Source: Selaginella moellendorffii | Lineage: Eukaryota > Plantae > Lycopodiophyta | Reading direction: 5' to 3' | Assembly: GCF_000143415.4 (NCBI RefSeq) | Contig: NW_003314341.1 | Location: 234,004 to 298,003, forward strand | DNA: 64,000 nt | Shown: in pieces, positions 63,353 to 64,000 of the stretch | Position numbering within the stretch: position 1 is the first letter of the stretch | Layout: each line of letters starts with the position of its first letter | The notes under the pieces: model-generated | The model's input: the letters and a program-made list of their open reading frames with translations, nothing else | The model's database searches: none | Told to the model about the DNA's origin: nothing | Position numbers and translations under genes: made by a program

Positions 63353-64000
63353 TGATCGATCTATCTTCACTCCGCTCGAGTTTGCAAAAGCCCAAACTTT
63401 TGGCCTGAGGAACTCCACGTTCCCACGCAAGTTATAATCTGGTTTGCACATACGGTCTTCATACGCTGTTGACATATGCGTTAAGGCCACGCTTGCGTTC
63501 AAAGTCCGGGCTAGTCAAGTCAGGTCAAGGTCGAGTCCAGGTCATCTAGGGGTTTATATATGATGTGTACCTAGTCTACTTACAAGTAGTAATATTTAAA
63601 TAGCTTTGACTTAGTTCTCAATGATAATCCATTATGTTAAGCTTGAGCTATGAATGTTTTAGTTAGGATTTTATCTATTCACCTCTACTAATTACTCACA
63701 TATGGATCCAGAAACTGTCATAAATTTTGCTTATGGTGAAAGAACAAAACCATAATATCTTTTATATAAAATTTAGTGACACCTTTGTTGGTCCTAGATT
63801 AATGGTGTCTAACCACTCACTTCATGCTCATCTTCCTGATCATAGTTTTAGTCTTCATTAACACCTTCTCTTAAAAGCAATATGTTTAGAATATGGAAAT
63901 TGCAATTGCATGCAATAACATTCAGGTGAAAAGAGCAACAGTAGTGGATACTTTGAATACTTTTCCAATCATAATAGTTTCAATATTTAAATTTTGTAAG

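Larger units (their letters stand above)
55588..64000. repeat. Segmental direct repeat with 6937-bp period (55588-57063 matches 62525-64000; runs off the window)
   Basis: Near-identical sequence with few SNPs (gtcccc/gttccc, gcgaaa/gcaaaa). Confidence 0.95.

Noticed and set aside
55588-64000. LTR retrotransposon (long direct repeats)
   Set aside because: The repeats contain a host gene with its intron, and no TG...CA ends, PBS/PPT or pol ORF were seen.

Overview
Gene-dense land-plant nuclear DNA with very short introns (about 50-80 nt) and several intergenic gaps of only ~100 bp. This organisation and the PLS-PPR with a truncated E domain suggest a lycophyte such as Selaginella (inference). 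In order: a complete Helitron (88-6491) carrying a captured UDP-glycosyltransferase fragment; AT-rich decayed DNA; a purple acid phosphatase; an accessory island (~12.8-21.4 kb) with one intact, one pseudogenised and partly duplicated, and possibly a third decayed Crinkler/RHS-type (CR) NTPase + restriction-endonuclease-fold gene; a PLS-PPR; MED32; a SelH-like gene; an RRM gene with one AT-AC and three GC-AG introns; two convergent class III peroxidases; a decayed local duplication; FPP; a palindrome array; an LRR + alpha/beta-hydrolase gene; CPSF30; a POLLUX/PEC-like channel; a CAT transporter; an FIP-like Zn-finger gene; a NOG1-like GTPase; and a near-identical 6937-bp-period duplication of an EG45/PNP-like gene with AT-rich decayed DNA between the copies. 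The best candidate for an unusual system is the CR NTPase-REase island, whose intact member has a possible organellar targeting peptide. All calls are from motif recognition by eye; no searches were run.
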